Source: the human T2T-CHM13v2.0 reference genome, Homo sapiens. From it: 64,000 nt of DNA. How positions within the stretch are numbered: the first letter of the stretch is position 1; each line of letters opens with the position of its first letter. Below the pieces are notes generated by a model. It ran no database searches and was not told where the DNA came from. It saw only the letters and a program-made list of their open reading frames with translations. The stretch lies in the NCBI RefSeq assembly GCF_009914755.1, contig NC_060943.1; one strand, 5' to 3'. A program made the position numbers and the translations under genes. Below are positions 44,901 through 59,900 of the stretch, piece by piece.

Positions 44901-47900
44901 TGTCTAGTCTAGTTAGAATGTGAAGGTGTCCCGTTTACAACGAATCCCTCCGAGAGCTCTAAATATCTGGAAGCAGATTCCACAAAAGCAGTGCTTCAAA
45001 CCTGCTCTGTCAAAGGAAAGGTTCAGCTCGGGGAATTGAACACAAACATCACAAAGGAGTTTCTGAGAATGCTTCTGTCTAGTGTTTCTATGAAGATAAT
45101 TCTTTTTCTACCATAGGCAACAATACGCTGCAAATGAACCCTTGCAGATTTCACAGAAACTGTGTTTTAACACTGCTCTATCAAAACAAAGGTCCAAGTC
45201 TGTGAGTTGACTGCACACATCACAAAGCAGTTTCGGAGAATGATTCTGTCTAGCTTTTTATGTAACGATATTTTCTTTGCACCAGAGGCAACAAAGCACA
45301 CGGAATGAAATCTTGCGGATTCTACAAAAAGTGTGTTTCAACACTGCTCTATCCAAAGAAAGGTTCGAGTCCGTGAGTTGAACGCACACAACAGAAAGCA
45401 GTTTCTGAGGATGCTTCCGTCTGGTTTGTATGTGAAGTCATTTCCTTTTCCATCTAAATCGCCTCAAATCGCTAAAAGATCCACTCGCAGATACTACAAA
45501 AAGACTTTCAAAACTGCTCTCTCAAAAGGAAGGTTCAACTGTGTGAGTTGAATGCGCACATCACATAGCAGTTTTTGAGAACGCTTCTGTCTAGTTTGCA
45601 TGTGAAGAGATTCCATTTACAACGAATTCCTCAAAGAGCTCCAATTATCCACAAGCAGAGTCTACAAAAGCAGTGTTTTGAAACTGCTCTGTCAATAGAA
45701 AGGTTCAACTCTGTAAATTGAGCACACACATCCAAAGGAGTTTCTGAGAATCCTTCTGTCTAGTTTTTATTTGAAGATATTTCTTTTTCCACCGTAGGCA
45801 ACAAAGCACTCCAAAGGAACTCTTGCGGATTCTACAAAAAGCGTGTTTCCACACTGCTCTATCAAAAGAAAGTTTCAAGTCTGTGAGTTGAATTGCACAC
45901 ATCCCAGTGAACTTTCGGAAAATGCATGGGTCTACTTTTCATGTGAAGATACCCGTTTCCAACGAATTCTTCAAAGAGTTCCAAGTATCCACAAGCAGAT
46001 TCTACAAAAGGAGTGCTTAAATGCTGGTCTATCTAAAGACAGATTCAACTCTGTTAGTTAAATGCACACATCTCAGTGAAGTTCCTGAGAATGCTTCTTT
46101 CTAGTTCTTATGTGAATGTATCTCCTTTTCCACCATAGGCTTCACAGCGCTCCAAATGAGAACTGGCAGATCCTCATAAAAGACGGCCTCAAAACCGCTC
46201 TATCAAAAGAAGGGTTCCACTCCAAGAGGTGAATTCACATATCACGGAGAAGTTTCTGAGAATGCTTCTGTCCAATTTTTATGTGAAGATATTCCCTTTT
46301 CCATCATAGGACTCAAGTCGCTCTAAATATCCAATTTCAGATACTCCAAAAAGACTGTTTCAAAACTGCTCTCTCAAAGGGAAGGTTCAAGTCCGTGAGT
46401 TGAATGCACACATCACAAAGCAGTTCCTGAGAATGCTTCTGTCTAGTTTGTTTCTGAAGTTATTTCCTTTTCCATCATAGGCCTCAAATCGCTCCAAATA
46501 TCCACTTGCAAATACTACAAAAAGACTGTTTCAAAAGTTCTCTCTCAAAAGGAAGGTTCAACTCTGTGAGTTGAATGCACACATCACAAGGCAGTTTCTG
46601 AAAATGCTTCCGTCTAGCTTTTTATTTGAAGGTATTTCCTTTTCCTTCTTCGGCCTCAAATCACTGCAAATATCCACTTGCGGATACTACAAGAAGACTG
46701 TTTCAAAACCGCTCTCTCAAAAGGAAGGTTCGACTCCGTGAGTTGAATGCACACGTTACGAAGCAGTTTCTGAGAATGCTTCTGTCTATTTTTCAGGTGA
46801 AGATATCACTTTTTCCAACATACGTAAAAAAGTACTCGAAATGAACACTTGCAGATTCTACAAAAAGGATGTTTCAACACTGCTCTATCAAAAGAAAGGT
46901 TCAACGATGTGAATTGAACACACACATCACAAAGGAGTTTCAGAGAATGCTTCTGTCTAGTGTTTAGGTGACGATATTACCTTTTCCCACATAGGCAACA
47001 AAGCGCTCCAAATGAATACTTGTGGGTTCTACAAGAAGTGTGTTTCAACACTGCTCTATCAAAAGAAAGTTTCCAGTCTGTGAGTTGAATGCACACATCA
47101 CAACGAACTTTCTGAGAATGCTTGGGTCTACTTTTTATGTGAAGATACCCGTTTCCAACGAATAACTCAAAGAGTTCCAAATATACACAGTCAGGTACTG
47201 CAAAAGGAGTGTTTCACTCCTGCTCTGTCAAAAGACAGTTTCAACTCTGTTAGTTGAATGCACACATCTCAATGAAGTTCCTGAGAAGGCTTCTGCCTAG
47301 TTTTTTGTGAAGATATTCCCTTTTCCACCATAGGCTTCACAGCGCTCCAAATGAAAACTTGCAGGTCCTACAAAAAGACTGATTCAAAACTGCTCTCCCA
47401 AAAGGAAGGTTCAACTGTGTGAGTTGAATGCACACATCACAAAGCAGTTCCTGAGAATGCTTCTGTCTAGTTTGTATGTGAAGATATTTCCTTTTCCATC
47501 ATAGGCCTCAAATCGCTCCAAATATCCACTTGCAGATACTACAAAAATACCGTTTCAACACTGCTCTCTCCAATGGAAGGTTCAACTCTGTGAGTTGAAT
47601 GCACACATCACAAAGCAGTTTCTGAGAATGCTTCTGTCTAGTCTAGTTAGAATGTGAAGATGTCCCGTTTACAACGAATCCCTCCGAGAGCTCTAAATAT
47701 CTGGAAGCAGATTCCACAAAAGCAGTGCTTCAAACCTGCTCTGTCAAAGGAAAGGTTCAGCTCGGGGAATTGAACACAAACATCACAAAGGAGTTTCTGA
47801 GAATGCTTCTGTCTAGTGTTTCTATGAAGATAATTCTTTTTCTACCATAGGCAACAATACGCTGCAAATGAACCCTTGCAGATTTCACAGAAACTGTGTT

Positions 47901-50900
47901 TTAACACTGCTCTATCAAAACAAAGGTCCAAGTCTGTGAGTTGACTGCACACATCACAAAGCAGTTTCGGAGAATGATTCTGTCTAGCTTTTTATGTAAC
48001 GATATTTTCTTTGCACCAGAGGCAACAAAGCACACGGAATGAAATCTTGCGGATTCTACAAAAAGTGTGTTTCAACACCGCTCTATCCAAAGAAAGGTTC
48101 GAGTCCGTGAGTTGAACGCACACAACAGAAAGCAGTTTCTGAGGATGCTTCCGTCTGGTTTGTATGTGAAGTCATTTCCTTTTCCATCTAAATCGCCTCA
48201 AATCGCTAAAAGATCCACTCGCAGATACTACAAAAAGACTTTCAAAACTGCTCTCTCAAAAGGAAGGTTCAACTGTGTGTGTTGAATGCGCACATCACAT
48301 AGCAGTTTTTGAGAACGCTTCTGTCTAGTTTGCATGTGAAGAGATTCCATTTACAACGAATTCCTCAAAGAGCTCCAATTATCCACAAGCAGAGTCTACA
48401 AAAGCAGTGTTTTGAAACTGTTCTCTCAATAGAAAGGTTCAACTCTGTTAATTGAGCACACACATCCAAAGGAGTTTCTGAGAATCCTTCTGTCTAGTTT
48501 TTATTTGAAGATATTTCTTTTTCCACCGTAGGCAACAAAGCGCTCCAAAGGAACTCTTGCGGATTCTACAAAAAGCGTGTTTCCACACTGCTCTATCAAA
48601 AGAAAGTTTCAAGTCTGTGAGTTGAATTGCACACATCCCAGTGAACTTTCGGAAAATGCATGGGTCTACTTTTCATGTGAAGATACCCGTTTCCAACGAA
48701 TTCTTCAAAGAGTTCCAAGTATCCACAAGCAGATTCTACAAAAGGAGTGCTTAAATGCTGGTCTATCTAAAGACAGATTCAACTCTGTTAGTTAAATGCA
48801 CACATCTCAGTGAAGTTCCTGAGAATGCTTCTTTCTAGTTCTTATGTGAATGTATCTCCTTTTCCACCATAGGCTTCACAGCGCTCCAAATGAGAACTGG
48901 CAGATCCTCATAAAAGACGGCCTCAAAACCACTCTATCAAAAGAAGGGTTCCACTCCAAGAGGTGAATTCACATATCACGGAGAAGTTTCTGAGAATGCT
49001 TCTGTCCAATTTTTATGTGAAGATATTCCCTTTTCCATCATAGGACTCAAGTCGCTCTAAATATCCAATTTCAGATACTCCAAAAAGACTGTTTCAAAAC
49101 TGCTCTCTCAAAGGGAAGGTTCAAGTCCGTGAGTTGAATGCACACATCACAAAGCAGTTCCTGAGAATGCTTCTGTCTAGTTTGTTTCTGAAGTTATTTC
49201 CTTTTCCATCATAGGCCTCAAATCGCTCCAAATATCCACTTGCAAATACTACAAAAAGACTGTTTCAAAAGTTCTCTCTCAAAAGGAAGGTTCAACTCTG
49301 TGAGTTGAATGCACACATCACAAGGCAGTTTCTGAAAATGCTTCCGTCTAGCTTTTTATTTGAAGGTATTTCCTTTTCCTTCTTCGGCCTCAAATCACTG
49401 CAAATATCCACTTGCGGATACTACAAGAAGACTGTTTCAAAACCGCTCTCTCAAAAGGAAGGTTCGACTCCGTGAGTTGAATGCACACGTTACGAAGCAG
49501 TTTCTGAGAATGCTTCTGTCTATTTTTCAGGTGAAGATATCACTTTTTCCAACATACGTAAAAAAGTACTCGAAATGAACACTTGCAGATTCTACAAAAA
49601 GGATGTTTCAACACTGCTCTATCAAAAGAAAGGTTCAACGATGTGAATTGAACACACACATCACAAAGGAGTTTCAGAGAATGCTTCTGTCTAGTGTTTA
49701 GGTGACGATATTACCTTTTCCCACATAGGCAACAAAGCGCTCCAAATGAATACTTGTGGGTTCTACAAAAAGTGTGTTTCAACACTGCTCTATCAAAAGA
49801 AAGTTTCCAGTCTGTGAGTTGAATGCACACATCACAACGAACTTTCTGAGAATGCTTGGGTCTACTTTTTATGTGAAGATACCCGTTTCCAACGAATAAC
49901 TCAAAGAGTTCCAAATATACACAGTCAGGTACTGCAAAAGGAGTGTTTCACTCCTGCTCTGTCAAAAGACAGTTTCAACTCTGTTAGTTGAATGCACACA
50001 TCTCAATGAAGTTCCTGAGAAGGCTTCTGCCTAGTTTTTTGTGAAGATATTCCCTTTTCCACCATAGGCTTCACAGCGCTCCAAATGAAAACTTGCAGGT
50101 CCTACAAAAAGACTGATTCAAAACTGCTCTCCCAAAAGGAAGGTTCAACTGTGTGAGTTGAATGCACACATCACAAAGCAGTTCCTGAGAATGCTTCTGT
50201 CTAGTTTGTATGTGAAGATATTTCCTTTTCCATCATAGGCCTCAAATCGCTCCAAATATCCACTTGCAGATACTACAAAAATACCGTTTCAACACTGCTC
50301 TCTCCAATGGAAGGTTCAACTCTGTGAGTTGAATGCACACATCACAAAGCAGTTTCTGAGAATGCTTCTGTCTAGTCTAGTTAGAATGTGAAGATGTCCC
50401 GTTTACAACGAATCCCTCCGAGAGCTCTAAATATCTGGAAGCAGATTCCACAAAAGCAGTGCTTCAAACCTGCTCTATCAAAGGAAAGGTTCAGCTCGGG
50501 GAATTGAACACAAACATCACAAAGGAGTTTCTGAGAATGCTTCTGTCTAGTGTTTCTATGAAGATAATTCTTTTTCTACCATAGGCAACAATACGCTGCA
50601 AATGAACCCTTGCAGATTTCACAGAAACTGTGTTTTAACACTGCTCTATCAAAACAAAGGTCCAAGTCTGTGAGTTGACTGCACACATCACAAAGCAGTT
50701 TCGGAGAATGATTCTGTCTAGCTTTTTATGTAACGATATTTTCTTTGCACCAGAGGCAACAAAGCACACGGAATGAAATCTTGCGGATTCTACAAAAAGT
50801 GTGTTTCAACACCGCTCTATCCAAAGAAAGGTTCGAGTCCGTGAGTTGAACGCACACAACAGAAAGCAGTTTCTGAGGATGCTTCTGTCTGGTTTGTATG

Positions 50901-53900
50901 TGAAGTCATTTCCTTTTCCATCTAAATCGCCTCAAATCGCTAAAAGATCCACTCGCAGATACTACAAAAAGACTTTCAAAACTGCTCTCTCAAAAGGAAG
51001 GTTCAACTGTGTGAGTTGAATGCGCACATCACATAGCAGTTTTTGAGAACGCTTCTGTCTAGTTTGCATGTGAAGAGATTCCATTTACAACGAATTCCTC
51101 AAAGAGCTCCAATTATCCACAACAGAGTCTACAAAAGCAGTGTTTTGAAACTGCTCTGTCAATAGAAAGGTTCAACTCTGTAAATTGAGCACACACATCC
51201 AAAGTAGTTTCTGAGAATCCTTCTCTCTAGTTTTTAATTGAAGATATTTCTTTTTCCACCGTAAGCAACAAAGCGCTCCAAAGGAACTCTTGCGGATTCT
51301 ACAAAAAGCGTGTTTCCACACTGCTCTATCAAAAGAAAGTTTCAAGTCTGTGAGTTGAATTGCACACATCCCAGTGAACTTTCGGAAAATGCATGGGTCT
51401 ACTTTTCATGTGAAGATACCCGTTTCCAACGAATTCTTCAAAGAGTTCCAAGTATCCACAAGCAGATTCTACAAAAGGAGTGCTTAAATGCTGGTCTATC
51501 TAAAGACAGATTCAACTCTGTTAGTTAAATGCACACATCTCAGTGAAGTTCCTGAGAATGCTTCTTTCTAGTTCTTATGTGAATGTATCTCCTTTTCCAC
51601 CATAGGCTTCACAGCGCTCCAAATGAGAACTGGCAGATCCTCATAAAAGACGGCCTCAAAACCGCTCTATCAAAAGAAGGGTTCCACTCCAAGAGGTGAA
51701 TTCACATATCACGGAGAAGTTTCTGAGAATGCTTCTGTCCAATTTTTATGTGAAGATTTTCCCTTTTCCATCATAGGACTCAAGTCGCTCTAAATATCCA
51801 ATTTCAGATACTCCAAAAAGACTGTTTCAAAACTGCTCTCTCAAAGGGAAGGTTCAAGTCCGTGAGTTGAATGCACACATCACAAAGCAGTTCCTGAGAA
51901 TGCTTCTGTCTAGTTTGTTTCTGAAGTTATTTCCTTTTCCATCATAGGCCTCAAATCGCTCCAAATATCCACTTGCAAATACTACAAAAAGACTGTTTCA
52001 AAAGTTCTCTCTCAAAAGGAAGGTTCAACTCTGTGAGTTGAATGCACACATCACAAGGCAGTTTCTGAAAATGCTTCCGTCTAGCTTTTTATTTGAAGGT
52101 ATTTCCTTTTCCTTCTTCGGCCTCAAATCACTGCAAATATCCACTTGCGGATACTACAAGAAGACTGTTTCAAAACCGCTCTCTCAAAAGGAAGGTTCGA
52201 CTCCGTGAGTTGAATGCACACGTTACGAAGCAGTTTCTGAGAATGCTTCTGTCTATTTTTCAGGTGAAGATATCACTTTTTCCAACATACGTAAAAAAGT
52301 ACTCGAAATGAACACTTGCAGATTCTACAAAAAGGATGTTTCAACACTGCTCTATCAAAAGAAAGGTTCAACGATGTGAATTGAACACACACATCACAAA
52401 GGAGTTTCAGAGAATGCTTCTGTCTAGTGTTTAGGTGACGATATTACCTTTTCCCACATAGGCAACAAAGCGCTCCAAATGAATACTTGTGGGTTCTACA
52501 AGAAGTGTGTTTCAACACTGCTCTATCAAAAGAAAGTTTCCAGTCTGTGAGTTGAATGCACACATCACAACGAACTTTCTGAGAATGCTTGGGTCTACTT
52601 TTTATGTGAAGATACCCGTTTCCAACGAATAACTCAAAGAGTTCCAAATATACACAGTCAGGTACTGCAAAAGGAGTGTTTCACTCCTGCTCTGTCAAAA
52701 GACAGTTTCAACTCTGTTAGTTGAATGCACACATCTCAATGAAGTTCCTGAGAAGGCTTCTGCCTAGTTTTTTGTGAAGATATTCCCTTTTCCACCATAG
52801 GCTTCACAGCGCTCCAAATGAAAACTTGCAGGTCCTACAAAAAGACTGATTCAAAACTGCTCTCCCAAAAGGAAGGTTCAACTGTGTGAGTTGAATGCAC
52901 ACATCACAAAGCAGTTCCTGAGAATGCTTCTGTCTAGTTTGTATGTGAAGACATTTCCTTTTCCATCATAGGCCTCAAATCGCTCCAAATATCCACTTGC
53001 AGATACTACAAAAATACCGTTTCAACACTGCTCTCTCCAATGGAAGGTTCAACTCTGTGAGTTGAATGCACACATCACAAAGCAGTTTCTGAGAATGCTT
53101 CTGTCTAGTCTAGTTAGAATGTGAAGATGTCCCGTTTACAACGAATCCCTCCGAGAGCTCTAAATATCTGGAAGCAGATTCCACAAAAGCAGTGCTTCAA
53201 ACCTGCTCTGTCAAAGGAAAGGTTCAGCTCGGGGAATTGAACACAAACATCACAAAGGAGTTTCTGAGAATGCTTCTGTCTAGTGTTTCTATGAAGATAA
53301 TTCTTTTTCTACCATAGGCAACAATACGCTGCAAATGAACACTTGCAGATTTCACAGAAACTGTGTTTTAACACTGCTCTATCAAAACAAAGGTCCAAGT
53401 CTGTGAGTTGACTGCACACATCACAAAGCAGTTTCGGAGAATGATTCTGTCTAGCTTTTTATGTAACGATATTTTCTTTGCACCAGAGGCAACAAAGCAC
53501 ACGGAATGAAATCTTGCGGATTCTACAAAAAGTGTGTTTCAACACTGCTCTATCCAAAGAAAGGTTCGAGTCCGTGAGTTGAACGCACACAACAGAAAGC
53601 AGTTTCTGAGGATGCTTCCGTCTGGTTTGTATGTGAAGTCATTTCCTTTTCCATCTAAATCGCCTCAAATCGCTAAAAGATCCACTCGCAGATACTACAA
53701 AAAGACTTTCAAAACTGCTCTCTCAAAAGGAAGGTTCAACTGTGTGAGTTGAATGCGCACATCACATAGCAGTTTTTGAGAACGCTTCTGTCTAGTTTGC
53801 ATGTGAAGAGATTCCATTTACAACGAATTCCTCAAAGAGCTCCAATTATCCACAAGCAGAGTCTACAAAAGCAGTGTTTTGAAACTGCTCTGTCAATAGA

Positions 53901-56900
53901 AAGGTTCAACTCTGTTAATTGAGCACACACATCCAAAGGAGTTTCTGAGAATCCTTCTGTCTAGTTTTTATTTGAAGATATTGCTTTTTCCACCGTAGGC
54001 AACAAAGCGCTCCAAAGGAACTCTTGCGGATTCTACAAAAAGCGTGTTTCCACACTGCTCTATCAAAAGAAAGTTTCAAGTCTGTGAGTTGAATTGCACA
54101 CATCCCAGTGAACTTTCGGAAAATGCATGGGTCTACTTTTCATGTGAAGATACCCGTTTCCAACGAATTCTTCAAAGAGTTCCAAGTATCCACAAGCAGA
54201 TTCTACAAAAGGAGTGCTTAAATGCTGGTCTATCTAAAGACAGATTCAACTCTGTTAGTTAAATGCACACATCTCAGTGAAGTTCCTGAGAATGCTTCTT
54301 TCTAGTTCTTATGTGAATGTATCTCCTTTTCCACCATAGGCTTCACAGCGCTCCAAATGAGAACTGGCAGATCCTCATAAAAGACGGCCTCAAAACCGCT
54401 CTATCAAAAGAAGGGTTCCACTCCAAGAGGTGAATTCACATATCACGGAGAAGTTTCTGAGAATGCTTCTGTCCAATTTTTATGTGAAGATATTCCCTTT
54501 TCCATCATAGGACTCAAGTCGCTCTAAATATCCAATTTCAGATACTCCAAAAAGACTGTTTCAAAACTGCTCTCTCAAAGGGAAGGTTCAAGTCCGTGAG
54601 TTGAATGCACACATCACAAAGCAGTTCCTGAGAATGCTTCTGTCTAGTTTGTTTCTGAAGTTATTTCCTTTTCCATCATAGGCCTCAAATCGCTCCAAAT
54701 ATCCACTTGCAAATACTACAAAAAGACTGTTTCAAAAGTTCTCTCTCAAAAGGAAGGTTCAACTCTGTGAGTTGAATGCACACATCACAAGGCAGTTTCT
54801 GAAAATGCTTCCGTCTAGCTTTTTATTTGAAGGTATTTCCTTTTCCTTCTTCGGCCTCAAATCACTGCAAATATCCACTTGCGGATACTACAAGAAGACT
54901 GTTTCAAAACCGCTCTCTCAAAAGGAAGGTTCGACTCCGTGAGTTGAATGCACACGTTACGAAGCAGTTTCTGAGAATGCTTCTGTCTATTTTTCAGGTG
55001 AAGATATCACTTTTTCCAACATACGTAAAAAAGTACTCGAAATGAACACTTGCAGATTCTACAAAAAGGATGTTTCAACACTGCTCTATCAAAAGAAAGG
55101 TTCAACGATGTGAATTGAACACACACATCACAAAGGAGTTTCAGAGAATGCTTCTGTCTAGTGTTTAGGTGACGGTATTTCCCACATAGGCAACAAAGCG
55201 CTCCAAATGAATACTTGTGGGTTCTACAAAAAGTGTGTCTCAACACTGCTCTATCAAAAGAAAGTTTCCAGTCTGTGAGTTGAATGCACACATCACAACG
55301 AACTTTCTGAGAATGCTTGGGTCTACTTTTTATGTGAAGATACCCGTTTCCAACGAATAACTCAAAGAGTTCCAAATATACACAGTCAGGTACTGCAAAA
55401 GGAGTGTTTCACTCCTGCTCTGTCAAAAGACAGTTTCAACTCTGTTAGTTGAATGCACACATCTCAATGAAGTTCCTGAGAAGGCTTCTGCCTAGTTTTT
55501 TGTGAAGATATTCCCTTTTCCACCATAGGCTTCACAGCGCTCCAAATGAAAACTTGCAGGTCCTACAAAAAGACTGATTCAAAACTGCTCTCCCAAAAGG
55601 AAGGTTCAACTGTGTGAGTTGAATGCACACATCACAAAGCAGTTCCTGAGAATGCTTCTGTCTAGTTTGTATGTGAAGATATTTCCTTTTCCATCATAGG
55701 CCTCAAATCGCTCCAAATATCCACTTGCAGATACTACAAAAATACCGTTTCAACACTGCTCTCTCCAATGGAAGGTTCAACTCTGTGAGTTGAATGCACA
55801 CATCACAAAGCAGTTTCTGAGAATGCTTCTGTCTAGTCTAGTTAGAATGTGAAGATGTCCCGTTTACAACGAATTCCTCCGAGAGCTCTAAATATCTGGA
55901 AGCAGATTCCACAAAAGCAGTGCTTCAAACCTGCTCTATCAAAGGAAAGGTTCAGCTCGGGGAATTGAACACAAACATCACAAAGGAGTTTCTGAGAATG
56001 CTTCTGTCTAGTGTTTCTATGAAGATAATTCTTTTTCTACCATAGGCAACAATACGCTGCAAATGAACACTTGCAGATTTCACAGAAACTGTGTTTTAAC
56101 ACTGCTCTATCAAAACAAAGGTCCAAGTCTGTGAGTTGACTGCACACATCACAAAGCAGTTTCGGAGAATGATTCTGTCTAGCTTTTTATGTAACGATAT
56201 TTTCTTTGCACCAGAGGCAACAAAGCACACGGAATGAAATCTTGCGGATTCTACAAAAAGTGTGTTTCAACACCGCTCTATCCAAAGAAAGGTTCGAGTC
56301 CGTGAGTTGAACGCACACAACAGAAAGCAGTTTCTGAGGATGCTTCTGTCTGGTTTGTATGTGAAGTCATTTCCTTTTCCATCTAAATCGCCTCAAATCG
56401 CTAAAAGATCCACTCGCAGATACTACAAAAAGACTTTCAAAACTGCTCTCTCAAAAGGAAGGTTCAACTGTGTGAGTTGAATGCGCACATCACATAGCAG
56501 TTTTTGAGAACGCTTCTGTCTAGTTTGCATGTGAAGAGATTCCATTTACAACGAATTCCTCAAAGAGCTCCAATTATCCACAAGCAGAGTCTACAAAAGC
56601 AGTGTTTTGAAACTGCTCTGTCAATAGAAAGGTTCAACTCTGTTAATTGAGCACACACATCCAAAGGAGTTTCTGAGAATCCTTCTGTCTAGTTTTTATT
56701 TGAAGATATTGCTTTTTCCACCGTAGGCAACAAAGCGCTCCAAAGGAACTCTTGCGGATTCTACAAAAAGCGTGTTTCCACACTGCTCTATCAAAAGAAA
56801 GTTTCAAGTCTGTGAGTTGAATTGCACACATCCCAGTGAACTTTCGGAAAATGCATGGGTCTAGTTTTCATGGGAAGATACCCGTTTCCAACGAATTCTT

Positions 56901-59900
56901 CAAAGAGTTCCAAGTATCCACAAGCAGATTCTGCAAAAGGAGTGCTTAAATGCTGGTCTATCTAAAGACAGATTCAACTCTGTTAGTTAAATGCACACAT
57001 CTCAGTGAAGTTCCTGAGAATGCTTCTTTCTAGTTCTTATGTGAATGTATCTCCTTTTCCACCACAGGCTTCAAAGCGCTCCAAATGAGAACTGGCAGAT
57101 CCTCATAAAAGACGGCCTCAAAACCGCTCTATCAAAAGAAGGGTTCCACTCCAAGAGGTGAATTCACATATCACGAAGAAGTTTCTGAGAATGCTTCTGT
57201 CCAATTTGTATGTGAAGATATTCCCTTTTCCATCATAGGACTCAAGTCGCTCTAAATATCCAATTTCAGATACTACAAAAAGACTGTTTCAAAACTGCTC
57301 TCTCAAAGGGAAGGTTCAAGTCCGTGAGTTGAATGCACACATCACAAAGCAGTTCCTGAGAATGCTTCTGTCTAGTTTGTATCTGAAGTTATTTCCTTTT
57401 CCATCACAGGCCTCAAATCGCTCCAAATATCCACTTGCAAATACTACAAAAAGACTGTTTCAAATGTTCTCTCTCAAAAGGAAGGTTCAACTCTGTGAGT
57501 TGAATGCACACATCACAAGGCAGTTTCTGAAAATGCTTCCGTCTAGTTTTTTATTTGAAGGTATTTCCTTTTCCTTCTTCGGCCTCAAATCACTGCAAAT
57601 ATCCACTTGCAGATACTACAAAAAGACTGTTTCAAAACCGCTCTCTCAAAAGGAAGGTTCGACTCTGTGAGTTGAATGCACACGTTACGAAGCAGTTTCT
57701 GAGAATGCTTCTCTCTATTTTTCAGGTGAAGATATCACTTTTTCCAACATACGTAAAAAAGTACTCGAAATGAACACTTGCAGATTCTAGAAAAAGGATG
57801 TTTCAACACTGCTCTATCAAAAGAAAGGTTCAACGATGTGAATTGAACACACACATCACAAAGGAGTTTCAGAGAATGCTTCTGTCTAGTGTTTAGGTGA
57901 CGATATTACCTTTTCCCACATAGGCAACAAAGCGCTCCAAATGAATACTTGTGGGTTATACAAAAAGTGTGTTTCAACACTGCTCTATCAAAAGAAAGTT
58001 TCCAGTCTGTGAGTTGAATGCACACATCACAACGAACTTTCTGAGAATGCTTGGGTCTACTTTTTATGTGAAGATACCCGTTTCCAACGAATAACTCAAA
58101 GAGTTCCAAATATACACAGTCAGGTACTGCAAAAGGAGTGTTTCACTCCTGCTCTGTCAAAAGACAGTTTCAACTCTGTTAGTTGAATGCACACATCTCA
58201 ATGAAGTTCCTGAGAAGGCTTCTGCCTAGTTTTTTGTGAAGATATTCCCTTTTCCACCATAGGCTTCACAGCGCTCCAAATGAAAACTTGCAGGTCCTAC
58301 AAAAAGACTGATTCAAAACTGCTCTCCCAAAAGGAAGGTTCAACTGTGTGAGTTGAATGCACACATCACAAAGCAGTTCCTGAGAATGCTTCTGTCTAGT
58401 TTGTATGTGAAGATATTTCCTTTTCCATCATAGGCCTCAAATCGCTCCAAATATCCACTTGCAGATACTACAAAAATACTGTTTCAACACTGCTCTCTCC
58501 AATGGAAGGTTCAACTCTGTGAGTTGAATGCACACATCACAAAGCAGTTTCTGAGAATGCTTCTGTCTAGTCTAGTTAGAATGTGAAGATGTCCCGTTTA
58601 CAACGAATTCCTCCGAGAGCTCTAAATATCTGGAAGCAGATTCCACAAAAGCAGTGCTTCAAACCTGCTCTATCAAAGGAAAGGTTCAGCTCGGGGAATT
58701 GAACACAAACATCACAAAGGAGTTTCTGAGAATGCTTCTGTCTAGTGTTTCTATGAAGATAATTCTTTTTCTACCATAGGCAACAATACGCTGCAAATGA
58801 ACACTTGCAGATTTCACAGAAACTGTGTTTTAACACTGCTCTATCAAAACAAAGGTCCAAGTCTGTGAGTTGACTGCACACATCACAAAGCAGTTTCGGA
58901 GAATGATTCTGTCTAGCTTTTTATGTAACGATATTTTCTTTGCACCAGAGGCAACAAAGCACACGGAATGAAATCTTGCGGATTCTACAAAAAGTGTGTT
59001 TCAACACCGCTCTATCCAAAGAAAGGTTCGAGTCCGTGAGTTGAACGCACACAACAGAAAGCAGTTTCTGAGGATGCTTCTGTCTGGTTTGTATGTGAAG
59101 TCATTTCCTTTTCCATCTAAATCGCCTCAAATCGCTAAAAGATCCACTCGCAGATACTACAAAAAGACTTTCAAAACTGCTCTCTCAAAAGGAAGGTTCA
59201 ACTGTGTGAGTTGAATGCGCACATCACATAGCAGTTTTTGAGAACGCTTCTGTCTAGTTTGCATGTGAAGAGATTCCATTTACAACGAATTCCTCAAAGA
59301 GCTCCAATTATCCACAAGCAGAGTCTACAAAAGCAGTGTTTTGAAACTGCTCTGTCAATAGAAAGGTTCAACTCTGTTAATTGAGCACACACATCCAAAG
59401 GAGTTTCTGAGAATCCTTCTGTCTAGTTTTTATTTGAAGATATTGCTTTTTCCACCGTAGGCAACAAAGCGCTCCAAAGGAACTCTTGCGGATTCTACAA
59501 AAAGCGTGTTTCCACACTGCTCTATCAAAAGAAAGTTTCAAGTCTGTGAGTTGAATTGCACACATCCCAGTGAACTTTCGGAAAATGCATGGGTCTAGTT
59601 TTCATGGGAAGATACCCGTTTCCAACGAATTCTTCAAAGAGTTCCAAGTATCCACAAGCAGATTCTGCAAAAGGAGTGCTTAAATGCTGGTCTATCTAAA
59701 GACAGATTCAACTCTGTTAGTTAAATGCACACATCTCAGTGAAGTTCCTGAGAATGCTTCTTTCTAGTTCTTATGTGAATGTATCTCCTTTTCCACCACA
59801 GGCTTCAAAGCGCTCCAAATGAGAACTGGCAGATCCTCATAAAAGACGGCCTCAAAACCGCTCTATCAAAAGAAGGGTTCCACTCCAAGAGGTGAATTCA

